Below, piece by piece: positions 29,000 to 37,512 of a stretch of DNA of 64,000 nucleotides. Origin of the DNA: Beijerinckiaceae bacterium. GTDB taxonomy: Bacteria > Pseudomonadota > Alphaproteobacteria > Rhizobiales > Beijerinckiaceae. Within the stretch, counting starts at the first letter, position 1, and each line of letters opens with the position of its first letter. The stretch spans positions 14,714 to 78,713 of the forward strand of contig JBIKVP010000001.1 in the NCBI GenBank assembly GCA_044356745.1. Direction: 5' to 3'. The notes below the pieces were generated by a model. That model did not search any database, was not told the origin of the DNA, and saw only the letters and a program-made list of their open reading frames with translations. The position numbers were made by a program, and so were the translations under genes.

Positions 29000-30166
29000 T
29001 CACCGTATTACAAAGTCACGAAGGGCACTCACAACCGCTTCATTCGCTTCCGCTGATCCAACGGATAAACGCAAACAGTGCGGCAGTCCGTAAGCATCAA
29101 CGCGTCTTAAGATCAAACCACGCTCACTTAAAAAAGCATCAGCATCAACTGCAGTGCGTCCAGTCTCCTGTGGGAAATGGATCAAGATAAAATTGGCTTG
29201 AGAAGCCGTTACAGCTAATCCCAATGCACGCAACTGCAAAGTCAGCCATTCACGCCAATGACGGTTATGCGCGACCGCTTTTTCAAGGTGCTCTCTGTCT
29301 TGAAGTGCTGCGACACCAGCAAGCATTGCAGCGGTTGAGACATTAAAAGGGCCACGAATACGGTTCATGGCATCAATAATATCAGGGGAGCCATACATCC
29401 AACCTAAACGCGCTGCGGCAAGGCCATAAACTTTAGAAAACGTGCGGCTGATCACAACATTATGATGCATCTGCGCAAGGGCAAGACTTGCACCCTCTTC
29501 ACCTTCCACATATTCGGCATAAGCGCCATCAAGCACAAGAATAACATGAGGTGGCAGCCCTTGATGTAAACGGACAACGTCATGGGGAGGCAAATACGTC
29601 CCCGTTGGATTGTTGGGATTAGCCAGATAAACAATTTTGGTACGGGATGTCACATGCGCAAGAATTGTATCCACATCGGCGGTGAAATTCGTTTCCGGCA
29701 CAATCACAGGCACACCACCTGCGGCTTGTATCGCAATTTTGTAAACGAGAAAACCGTGCTCGGTGATGATTCCCTCATCCCCCACACTTAAAAATGCATA
29801 CGCAATGAGTGATAACAGCTCATCTGAGCCCGCACCACAAATGATTTGCTCGGGATTAATCTGCCAGCGATGGGAAAGTGCCTCACGCAAAATACGAGCA
29901 CTTCCTTCAGGATACGTGGCGAGTGTACGCGCAGCTCCTGTAAAAGCCTCAACAGCTTGAAGACTTGGACCAAGAGGTGTCTCATTTGATGAGAGTTTAT
30001 AAATTTTGGCCGCTGTTTGGGCTTTCGCTTTACCCGGAACATACGCTTCAATCGCCATAACATCCTCACGCGCGACAGGACGCGAGGTTCTTACTGCTTC
30101 AACAGGTGATATTGGCGATAGAGGCATCAAGATACTCACACTTCTCAATAATGCAATATTATCCAC
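29000..30166 (-). CDS. hisC: histidinol-phosphate aminotransferase
   Basis: Class II aminotransferase (LSSNETPLGPS, NPNNPTG, the PLP-Lys region SRTFSKVYGLAAARLG). The start is probably ATG 30127 rather than 30166. Confidence 0.88.
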   Translation of the reverse strand: MDNIALLRSVSILMPLSPISPVEAVRTSRPVAREDVMAIEAYVPGKAKAQTAAKIYKLSSNETPLGPSLQAVEAFTGAARTLATYPEGSARILREALSHRWQINPEQIICGAGSDELLSLIAYAFLSVGDEGIITEHGFLVYKIAIQAAGGVPVIVPETNFTADVDTILAHVTSRTKIVYLANPNNPTGTYLPPHDVVRLHQGLPPHVILVLDGAYAEYVEGEEGASLALAQMHHNVVISRTFSKVYGLAAARLGWMYGSPDIIDAMNRIRGPFNVSTAAMLAGVAALQDREHLEKAVAHNRHWREWLTLQLRALGLAVTASQANFILIHFPQETGRTAVDADAFLSERGLILRRVDAYGLPHCLRLSVGSAEANEAVVSALRDFVIR

Positions 30167-30186
30167 ATCTTGCTACGCGCTTCTTT

Positions 30187-31059
30187 TTAAACTGTAAAGC
30201 GAGCAGCGTGTGTTCCAACAATCTCAATACGAAAAGGTTTGACAAAAATCTCTTTGAAGTACGCATCAAGATAACGTTCAGGGCTATCAACTGACACATC
30301 ACGGCGCGTTGCATCTATCAGCAAATAACATCGCTCACCCATTCGCGTTTGGCTCACAACACAAAATCCACTGTGCTGCAAATGCGCTAACTCCGCTTGC
30401 GTAAAAGGTCTTTCGCACTGCGTCGATAAAAGAGATGAATCAGTAGCCAGACCTTCGTCAAAAGGCTTTGAAATGACAAAAGCAGGCTTCCCAACGGGAT
30501 GAGGACGCTTTGCATCCGCCCCACGCTCAATAAAGGGAAGCCTTGCAATAATCTTGGGCGTTTCCTGTCCTTCTAATAATAACCACCAAGGGGCAGTGTT
30601 TTCAAGCTGAAAACGAATAACCCCTAAATCACCGCGCGACACGCTCACCGCCATGATCACATCTTCGGGTGTTTCATGTGTATCAAGAGGGACTGTAAAG
30701 CCAAAATGAAAGCGCACAATATCGCGCATAATATCGCGCCCCAAAGAGGCATCACCGTGAACACAGTAAGGCATTTGCAGCCACGTAAAGGTGCCGATGA
30801 TTGTGCGCCATAAACTTTCAACAACTTCAAGGGGCAGTGATCCTGTGTGCCTAGCGGCAAGACGGCGCATCATATCTGCTTCGCGTTGAGGACGAAAAGC
30901 AGAACCCATATCAGCCGACTTTTTAGTGTGAATCAGCGCATCAATAATATCACCACGCTCAATCAATAGACGATGCATCGCCTCATCAATCGCGTCAATG
31001 CGCTGGCGTAAAGCGCCCAGATCAGAAATGCTCGCCTCTGGAGGTGAAGAGATACTCAT
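30187..31059 (-). CDS. chorismate mutase family protein (CM type II N-terminal domain)
   Basis: 290 aa. N-terminal LRQRIDAIDEAMHRLLIERGDII is AroQ-type chorismate mutase. The C-terminal ~190 aa look like a divergent prephenate-dehydratase-like domain. Lies in an operon with hisC and tyrC. Confidence 0.75.
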   Translation of the reverse strand: MSISSPPEASISDLGALRQRIDAIDEAMHRLLIERGDIIDALIHTKKSADMGSAFRPQREADMMRRLAARHTGSLPLEVVESLWRTIIGTFTWLQMPYCVHGDASLGRDIMRDIVRFHFGFTVPLDTHETPEDVIMAVSVSRGDLGVIRFQLENTAPWWLLLEGQETPKIIARLPFIERGADAKRPHPVGKPAFVISKPFDEGLATDSSLLSTQCERPFTQAELAHLQHSGFCVVSQTRMGERCYLLIDATRRDVSVDSPERYLDAYFKEIFVKPFRIEIVGTHAARFTV

Positions 31060-31106
31060 CCCTCATAACCTCTCAAACAGTGAAGTAAAACATATGAGAC
31101 AATGTC

Positions 31107-31721
31107 TTAAGCGTGAGAGAAAATATCCTGCTCTTGCCAGCCCAATAAATCAAGCAGCGAACGCGCTGTCAAAAAGGCAAAGCAAGCTTCCGCAAGAGGC
31201 ACGCGCCCCTCACGAACCAAAAGGGCATCAAGGCGCGCTTTTAAAGCGTGCAAATGTAAAACATCCGATGCGGCATAAGCAATTTGAGCTTCACTCAACA
31301 TATCAGCGCCCCAATCAGACGATTGTTGCTGCTTAGACATATCTATACCAAGTAATTCGCGCACAAGATCTTTTAATCCGTGACGATCTGTATAGGTTCT
31401 GACGAGGCGCGACGCAATTTTTGTGCAGTAGACTGGCCCAGGCATAATACCAAAGGCGCGATAGAGTACCGCCATATCGAAACGCGCATAATGAAATACT
31501 TTGAGAACTTTCGGATCCGCTAGCATTTTAATGAGATTTTCAGGAGGTGGAGCATCGCGTAAAATCTGAATAACATCCGCGGTTCCATCTCCATGAGAGA
31601 GTTGCACAACACACAAACGATCTCTGTGCGGCATCAATCCAAGCGTCTCTGTGTCGATAGCGACGACAGCTGCGGGAACATAATTTGCAGGCAAATCGCC
31701 TCTGTGGACACGAATAGTCAT
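31107..31721 (-). CDS. ribonuclease D-like 3'-5' exonuclease (DEDDy)
   Basis: ORF 31107..31811. Start set at ATG 31721 (MTIRVHRGDLP). Motifs VAIDTETLGL, FHYARFDM and YAASDVLHL. Confidence 0.8.
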   Translation of the reverse strand: MTIRVHRGDLPANYVPAAVVAIDTETLGLMPHRDRLCVVQLSHGDGTADVIQILRDAPPPENLIKMLADPKVLKVFHYARFDMAVLYRAFGIMPGPVYCTKIASRLVRTYTDRHGLKDLVRELLGIDMSKQQQSSDWGADMLSEAQIAYAASDVLHLHALKARLDALLVREGRVPLAEACFAFLTARSLLDLLGWQEQDIFSHA

Positions 31722-31911
31722 GACAAACCTCAAAAACAAGCATTTAGATAAACTTCGCCTATGCGTGTTTTCATGCAACGAGGCATAGTGTGTCAATGGA
31801 ATTGTGATCACAACAGCGCTGTATGAGACTATATTTTATATCTCAAACACGCTGCAAAGCGCAAACATAAAGAACTGCGCACTATTTTCGAAGGTGAAAA
31901 CCCCCTACTCT

Positions 31912-32082
31912 TTACTTGAGCGCCGTCGTAATATTATTGTACATGGTGTTTGTCTTGCTCGCAAAATTGTTCAGTGATGCAACGATAGCAAGAAATATCA
32001 AAGAGCAAATCAAGCCATACTCAATCACTGTTGCGCCCGATTCGTCATAAAGAAATTTTTGATATAGGGTTTTTATTTTCAT
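31912..32082 (-). CDS. flp: Flp/Fap family type IVb pilin (Tad pilus subunit)
   Basis: Hand-translated 56-aa ORF, absent from the ORF track because it is under 60 aa: MKIKTLYQKFLYDESGATVIEYGLICSLIFLAIVASLNNFASKTNTMYNNITTALK. It has the diagnostic G/ATVIEYGLI prepilin cleavage motif followed by a hydrophobic helix. Confidence 0.8.
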   Translation of the reverse strand: MKIKTLYQKFLYDESGATVIEYGLICSLIFLAIVASLNNFASKTNTMYNNITTALK

Positions 32083-32267
32083 GATAAAAGATTACCATAG
32101 GCTTTTCAAAAATTCTTTAACACACAATCTTAAGCGGAGGTTAAAATAAACCTGTTATTATAACGACATTGACATATGAATTACAGCGTGTTTCCAAATC
32201 AAAATCTTACTTTTTTTCACAAAAAATCCACCGCGAGAAATAGTCTAAACTCTCCATATATTATTGT

Positions 32268-32597
32268 TTGATCATGATAAAATTTATCTGTCGCATTCTC
32301 GGAATCATCATTCTATCAAGTGCGTTTATCCTTATTGTTGTGGATGGAACGAACATAATTGCGAATTCAGACATCATATACACGACGTTGAGAGATGTCC
32401 TGCAGATTGCATGCCGTATAAATGATTCATCATGGTGCAATCTCTCATCAATCACTCAAAGCACAGACACGTCAATGCGCGTGATGCATTGGTTTATGGG
32501 TCTTCCAGCAGCACTTCACGGTTTTGTAATTGGTTGCTTACTTCTTATAATCGGTCAAAAACATCACGACGTTATTGGATTTGATACCCGTCACTGA
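32268..32597 (+). CDS. hypothetical two-TM membrane protein
   Basis: 109-aa ORF with hydrophobic helices at both ends, in moderately AT-rich DNA. No family recognised. Confidence 0.4.
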   Translation: MIMIKFICRILGIIILSSAFILIVVDGTNIIANSDIIYTTLRDVLQIACRINDSSWCNLSSITQSTDTSMRVMHWFMGLPAALHGFVIGCLLLIIGQKHHDVIGFDTRH

Positions 32598-32711
32598 AAA
32601 AACACCTTTTGACACTCTATTATATCGACCAAAAAACAATGTTAGCAAATATTTCACCATTTTAGATGCTTTATAGAAGCGTCGTTATATTATTTTTGTA
32701 CAGGTTGTGTC

Positions 32712-33239
32712 ATGGTTACTCCTCTTTGCTTCTCTTCAAAATCAAATGTCGTACGCGGCTTAAGCTTGGCTTTTGGTGTCACGCTTTTGTGTGGGTATGT
32801 TGCGCTGACAACCTCAGTACAGGCTCAGCAGGCTCCAAAACCAGCAAGTACAAGCAGTAGTGCAAGCACCATTCTCGTGACCATTGATAATGCAAAGATT
32901 GTGCGATTGCCTGAAAAGGTTTCAACGGTTGTTGTTGGCAACCCTGTCATTGCTGATGTTACTGTACAAAAAAACGGCATTTTAGTTGTGACGGGAAAAA
33001 GCTACGGCACAACAAATCTGATCGCACTAGATCAAAGTGGTAACATGCTTGTCGAAACAAACCTGCGCGTTGAAGCCCCACATAATGCGACAGTGACGGT
33101 ACATCGCGGCTTCGAGCGTGAAACGTATTCATGTGCGCCTGAATGTCAGCCTTCATTACTTTTGGGTGATGCACAACGTTATTTCTCTGAAGTGAGCGGA
33201 CAAGCCACACAACGCAATTCACTCGCAACACAGCGCTAG
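32712..33239 (+). CDS. secreted protein with a pilus-formation N-terminal (CpaC/RcpC-N-like) domain
   Basis: 175 aa. Signal peptide ending VQAQQ. The segment IVRLPEKVSTVVVGNPVIADVTVQKNGILVVTGKSYGTTNLIALD resembles the N-terminal domain of Tad/T2SS secretins. There is no secretin body. Confidence 0.6.
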   Translation: MVTPLCFSSKSNVVRGLSLAFGVTLLCGYVALTTSVQAQQAPKPASTSSSASTILVTIDNAKIVRLPEKVSTVVVGNPVIADVTVQKNGILVVTGKSYGTTNLIALDQSGNMLVETNLRVEAPHNATVTVHRGFERETYSCAPECQPSLLLGDAQRYFSEVSGQATQRNSLATQR

Positions 33240-33439
33240 AAGCTTTTTAAAGACCAAATCTAAAAAAGTCTGGCAATAGCGCATAGACATAGCGAGATGT
33301 TTCTGTTAAGCGAATGGGATGCATATCCGCCTCAGTCATGTGCGCGGATGGAATTCTTGTCTGACCACGTTCAAAAATCAACTAAACGTGGCCTGCAAGA
33401 CATCAATTTTATTTTCATACGAAGAAAAGGTGATTTTTC

Positions 33440-33673
33440 GTGCAAGTTCTGGTTCGTGACAACAATGTGGATCAAGCCCTTCGGGCGCTCAAAAAGAAAA
33501 TGCAGCGCGAAGGTATTTTTCGTGAGATGAAACTGCGTGGCCATTATGAAAAGCCATCTGAAAAAAAGGCGCGCGAAAAAGCGGAAGCCGTACGCCGCGC
33601 ACGCAAGTTGATTCGCAAAAAGTTGCAGCGTGAAGGTTTGGTTCCGATGAAGCCAAAGCCAATTCGCGCTTAA
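33440..33673 (+). CDS. rpsU: 30S ribosomal protein S21
   Basis: 77 aa with a GTG start. [31 protein letters not shown]. Confidence 0.93.
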   Translation: MQVLVRDNNVDQALRALKKKMQREGIFREMKLRGHYEKPSEKKAREKAEAVRRARKLIRKKLQREGLVPMKPKPIRA

Positions 33674-33711
33674 ATGACGCGTTGATTTGTTTTTTTAAGA
33701 GATCTTTTAAG

Positions 33712-33742
33712 GAAAGCCCACTTCATTGTTGGCTTTCTTTTG
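33712..33742 (+). terminator. rpsU terminator
   Basis: Stem gaaagcc/ggctttc followed by ttttg, about 40 nt after the rpsU stop. Confidence 0.5.
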
Positions 33743-33878
33743 CTGTTTGTAGTCACTTTGTGAAAATATATGTTAAATGATTTTAAGTGCACATGATTGC
33801 AACAAAATCGCCTCATATCGCGTTAAGCTCAATGAGGTTCATTGAATTATATAAATGCCCAATCAGGATGAATGAGCG

Positions 33879-34793
33879 ATGTCAGCCAATAATGATACAG
33901 TGAAATTTTCTCAACGTTATTGCCTTGATGTTCCTCGCACCACGATCAATCGCAAGGTGTTGATGGTTGCCTTGATGGGCATCTCAAGTGTGTTCCTTGC
34001 AGCATGTCAAACATCGGGTGCAGCACGCTCAACAAATGTTGCTGAACTTATTGATGATACGTCAGGCGCACAAAACGTCAATATTGGCTCACTCACAGAA
34101 GTGATCAATCGCAATCCCAACGATGCGCAAGCTTACAACACACGCGGTGCAGCTTATGCAAAAATCGGCCGTTTCAGCGAAGCCATGGCGGATTTTGGTA
34201 AAGCCGTTCAGATTGATAGCACTTACGCGCCTGCTTACACAAATCGTGCCTTAGCGTTGCGTCAGACAGGGCGCAATGATGCGGCATTATTAGATTTCTC
34301 ACGAGCAATCACGGCTAATCCAAATTATGCCCCTGCTTATTTGGGTCGTGCCAATCTTTTAAGAGCACAAAATCAGTTTAATGAAGCATTTCAGGATCTG
34401 TCTCAAGCCATTCGCCTCAATCCTGAATCGGCAGAGCCCTTTCATGCACGTGGACTTGTCAACCAACGCCTTAATCAACATCAAGAAGCGGTGAATGATT
34501 TTGATGCAACGATTGATCGTAACCCGTTTGTTGCAGCGCCTTACACTGCACGTGGCCAATCACTGATTGTTCTTGGGCGTTATGAACAAGCCATTGAAGA
34601 TTTCAATGCATCTTTAAATGTCAATAACCGCAATGCCGATGCATGGGCAGGTCGTGGCCTTGCTATGGAGCGTTCAGGCAATAAAAGTGGTGCGCTTGAA
34701 TCATATCAACGCGCACTTGGTATTGATAGCAGCAACAGCGCTGCCCGTAGCGGCACATCACGTTTAGGATCAGGTTCCGCACTTCGCAGTTGA
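33879..34793 (+). CDS. TPR-repeat lipoprotein
   Basis: 304 aa. Lipobox FLAAC after a hydrophobic segment, then about 6 TPR units (repeated A..YN.RG.AY....). Confidence 0.8.
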   Translation: MSANNDTVKFSQRYCLDVPRTTINRKVLMVALMGISSVFLAACQTSGAARSTNVAELIDDTSGAQNVNIGSLTEVINRNPNDAQAYNTRGAAYAKIGRFSEAMADFGKAVQIDSTYAPAYTNRALALRQTGRNDAALLDFSRAITANPNYAPAYLGRANLLRAQNQFNEAFQDLSQAIRLNPESAEPFHARGLVNQRLNQHQEAVNDFDATIDRNPFVAAPYTARGQSLIVLGRYEQAIEDFNASLNVNNRNADAWAGRGLAMERSGNKSGALESYQRALGIDSSNSAARSGTSRLGSGSALRS

Positions 34794-34806
34794 TCTGAAA
34801 CGGCCA

Positions 34807-36153
34807 ATGATGTCCATAGACACATCACATCCCAATGATCTTGATGCGTATTGGATGCCCTACACGTCCAATCGTGCATTTAAAAAATCGCCACGTTTGG
34901 TCGCACGCGCTGAAGGGATGTATTATTATACACCTAATGGACAGCAAATCCTTGATGGCACAGCGGGTTTATGGTGCTGCAATGCGGGACATGGCCGCAA
35001 AACGATTGTTAAAGCCATTCAAAAACAGGTTGAAACACTTGATTTTGTGCCCCCCTATCAATTTTCACATCCCACGGTGTTTGAAGCCGCCGCGCGTATT
35101 GCGCAGTTGGCGCCTGCTGATTTAAAGCACGTATTTTTCACAACAAGTGGCTCAGAAGCGATTGATACAGCGCTTAAAATCGCTTTGGGATATTGGACGC
35201 TGCAAGGTAAAGGCCAAAAAACACGCATGATTGGGCGTGAACGTGGTTTTCATGGATGCAGCTTTGGTGGAACGTCAATTGGCGGGATTGTCAGCAACCG
35301 TAAAATGTTTAGCCCGCTTTTGCTCAACGGTGTTGATCACTTACCGCATACGTATAACCGTGCACATCAAGCCTTTAATATAGGTGAACCCGCATGGGGT
35401 GCACATCTCGCAGATGAGTTGTTGCGTATTATTCAGCTCCATGATGCATCAACCATAGCTGCTGTTATCGTTGAGCCGATGAGCGGCTCAACAGGCGTTC
35501 TTCCCGCACCGGTCGGTTATTTAAAACGCCTACGTGAAATATGTGATCAATACGGCATTTTGTTGATTTTTGATGAAGTGATTACAGCGTTTGGACGCCT
35601 TGGCTTTGCTTTTGCTGCTCAGCGCTACGGTGTTGTCCCTGATATGATCTGTTTTGCAAAAGGTGTCTCGTCAGGAACCGTGCCTGTGGGCGGTGTATTG
35701 GTTCGCGATGCAATTCACGAGTCTTTTATGCAAGGCGCTGAACACACGATTGAATTTTTACAAGGTTTTACGTATTCAGGCCACCCTCTAGCCGCCAGCG
35801 CCATTCTTGCGACACTTGATGTGTATCATGATGAAGGGCTTTTTGAACGCGCACTGAACCTTGAGCCATTGTGGGCACAGGCCATGATGAGCTTGAAAGG
35901 TGAAGCGGGTATTGAAGATATTCGTACCGTTGGACTAGCGGCAGGATTTGATCTCACTCCAGAACCTAATATCGCTGGACGTCGCGGATTTCGCGCGATG
36001 GATCACGCATTTCATACGGAAAGTCTCATGATTCGCAGCGTTGGCGACACACTTGCGCTTTGTCCACCTCTTATTGTCACAGAAGATCAGATTGAACAGA
36101 TGGTGACAAAAGTGCGCCGCACCGTGCAAAAGGTGATGTCACACACATCCTGA
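34807..36153 (+). CDS. class III (omega) aminotransferase
   Basis: 448 aa. Motifs WCCNAGHGR, SGSEAIDTALK and IFDEVITAFGRLG are typical of beta-alanine/omega-amino acid--pyruvate transaminases. Confidence 0.88.
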   Translation: MMSIDTSHPNDLDAYWMPYTSNRAFKKSPRLVARAEGMYYYTPNGQQILDGTAGLWCCNAGHGRKTIVKAIQKQVETLDFVPPYQFSHPTVFEAAARIAQLAPADLKHVFFTTSGSEAIDTALKIALGYWTLQGKGQKTRMIGRERGFHGCSFGGTSIGGIVSNRKMFSPLLLNGVDHLPHTYNRAHQAFNIGEPAWGAHLADELLRIIQLHDASTIAAVIVEPMSGSTGVLPAPVGYLKRLREICDQYGILLIFDEVITAFGRLGFAFAAQRYGVVPDMICFAKGVSSGTVPVGGVLVRDAIHESFMQGAEHTIEFLQGFTYSGHPLAASAILATLDVYHDEGLFERALNLEPLWAQAMMSLKGEAGIEDIRTVGLAAGFDLTPEPNIAGRRGFRAMDHAFHTESLMIRSVGDTLALCPPLIVTEDQIEQMVTKVRRTVQKVMSHTS

Positions 36154-36229
36154 GTGAAGATCACTTGATCTGTTGCATCCCCCGCAACATATGACATAAC
36201 GATTGCTGAAATTTGATCAAGGAACAGTC

Positions 36230-36766
36230 ATGATGATTGAGCGCCATTTAGAGAAATTTTTATTCGCAAGCCGCTGGCTGCTTGCACCATTTTATGTCGC
36301 GCTTGTAATATGCCTTGGCGCTTTGATGATTAAAGCACTGCAGGAAATGATCCATTTTTTGGCTATTTTCTGGACGGCTAAAGAAGCTGAAGTCATCCTT
36401 GGTATTTTGACACTCATTGATCTGACCTTCACGGGCGCACTTGTGATCATTGTCGTTTTATCAGGTTACGAGAATTTTGTTTCTCGTATTAATCAAGAAG
36501 GTCATGATGATTGGCCGGAATGGATGGGCAAAATTGATTTTTCGGGTTTAAAACTCAAACTTATTTCATCAATTGTCGCCATTTCCGCGATTCAGGTTCT
36601 AAAATCGTTTATGGATTTAAGTAAAATGTCCGATCGCGAACTCATGTGGCTTGTGGGTATTCACATGGTATTTGTATTGTCGGGATTGCTGATGGCATGG
36701 ACTGATAAAATTTCAGCAGCGAGCAATAAAAGTCCATCGAGTGCAAAGAAGGTAAAATCCGAATAA
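36230..36766 (+). CDS. UPF0114 family membrane protein (YqhA-like)
   Basis: Start set at ATG 36230. FASRWLLAPFYVAL...SGYENFVS...SIVAISAIQVL closely parallels E. coli YqhA. Confidence 0.85.
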   Translation: MMIERHLEKFLFASRWLLAPFYVALVICLGALMIKALQEMIHFLAIFWTAKEAEVILGILTLIDLTFTGALVIIVVLSGYENFVSRINQEGHDDWPEWMGKIDFSGLKLKLISSIVAISAIQVLKSFMDLSKMSDRELMWLVGIHMVFVLSGLLMAWTDKISAASNKSPSSAKKVKSE

Positions 36767-36786
36767 CACGGATGAATTGCCTGACA

Positions 36787-37386
36787 TTACATTGATTGCG
36801 TAATCCAAAGCGCCATCAACACCAACATCATTGCCATAAGTGCACGCACAGGTGCATCCCAGCCTTTTTGATGTAAAAATCTATAGGCACGCTCTGCCAT
36901 TAAAACAATCGAGACATGCACCAGTGTTGCAACGCCCACATAGAGTGCAACGAGCATTAAAGAAAATGAGAGAACCTGCGTTGTACCTGCCGGAATAAAT
37001 TGTGGCATAATGGTCATGAAAAACAGCCCAGCCTTGGGATTGAGCATATTCGTGATAAGACCTTTCAAGAACAGACGCGCATCGCGTTTTGTCCAGCTCG
37101 GCTCCGAGGTATCAGGTTTCTCCCCGCACCACGTATCCCATGCAAGATAAAGCATGTAAACCACCCCAAGCCATTTGAGCATTTGAAATGCGATAGGTGA
37201 GGCCATGATGATGAGCATAAGTCCAAACGAAGCAGCAGCACCATAAAGCGATAATCCAGCAGCAACACCTGCAATAGCGACAAGCCCTGCCCGTCGACCT
37301 TGAGCCATAGTCAACGCCGCCAAAAAGCCCATATTTGGGCCCGGAGTTAACTCAAGGATAAATGATAAAAAAACAAACTCTAACAT
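36787..37386 (-). CDS. LysE/RhtB family amino-acid exporter
   Basis: 199 aa, six TM segments. N-terminal ...ELTPGPNM... motif and NPKAGLFF. Confidence 0.85.
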   Translation of the reverse strand: MLEFVFLSFILELTPGPNMGFLAALTMAQGRRAGLVAIAGVAAGLSLYGAAASFGLMLIIMASPIAFQMLKWLGVVYMLYLAWDTWCGEKPDTSEPSWTKRDARLFLKGLITNMLNPKAGLFFMTIMPQFIPAGTTQVLSFSLMLVALYVGVATLVHVSIVLMAERAYRFLHQKGWDAPVRALMAMMLVLMALWITQSM

Positions 37387-37512
37387 TAAATATTCTTACA
37401 TGTGTGATGATACAGCTTAACGTTTCAGAAAGGATGACTGTTTACCCTTTCTCAACACATTGTGCTAAGATCGCATCCTAGAAGTATTATTTTTTTGGTA
37501 TAATAACTTACC

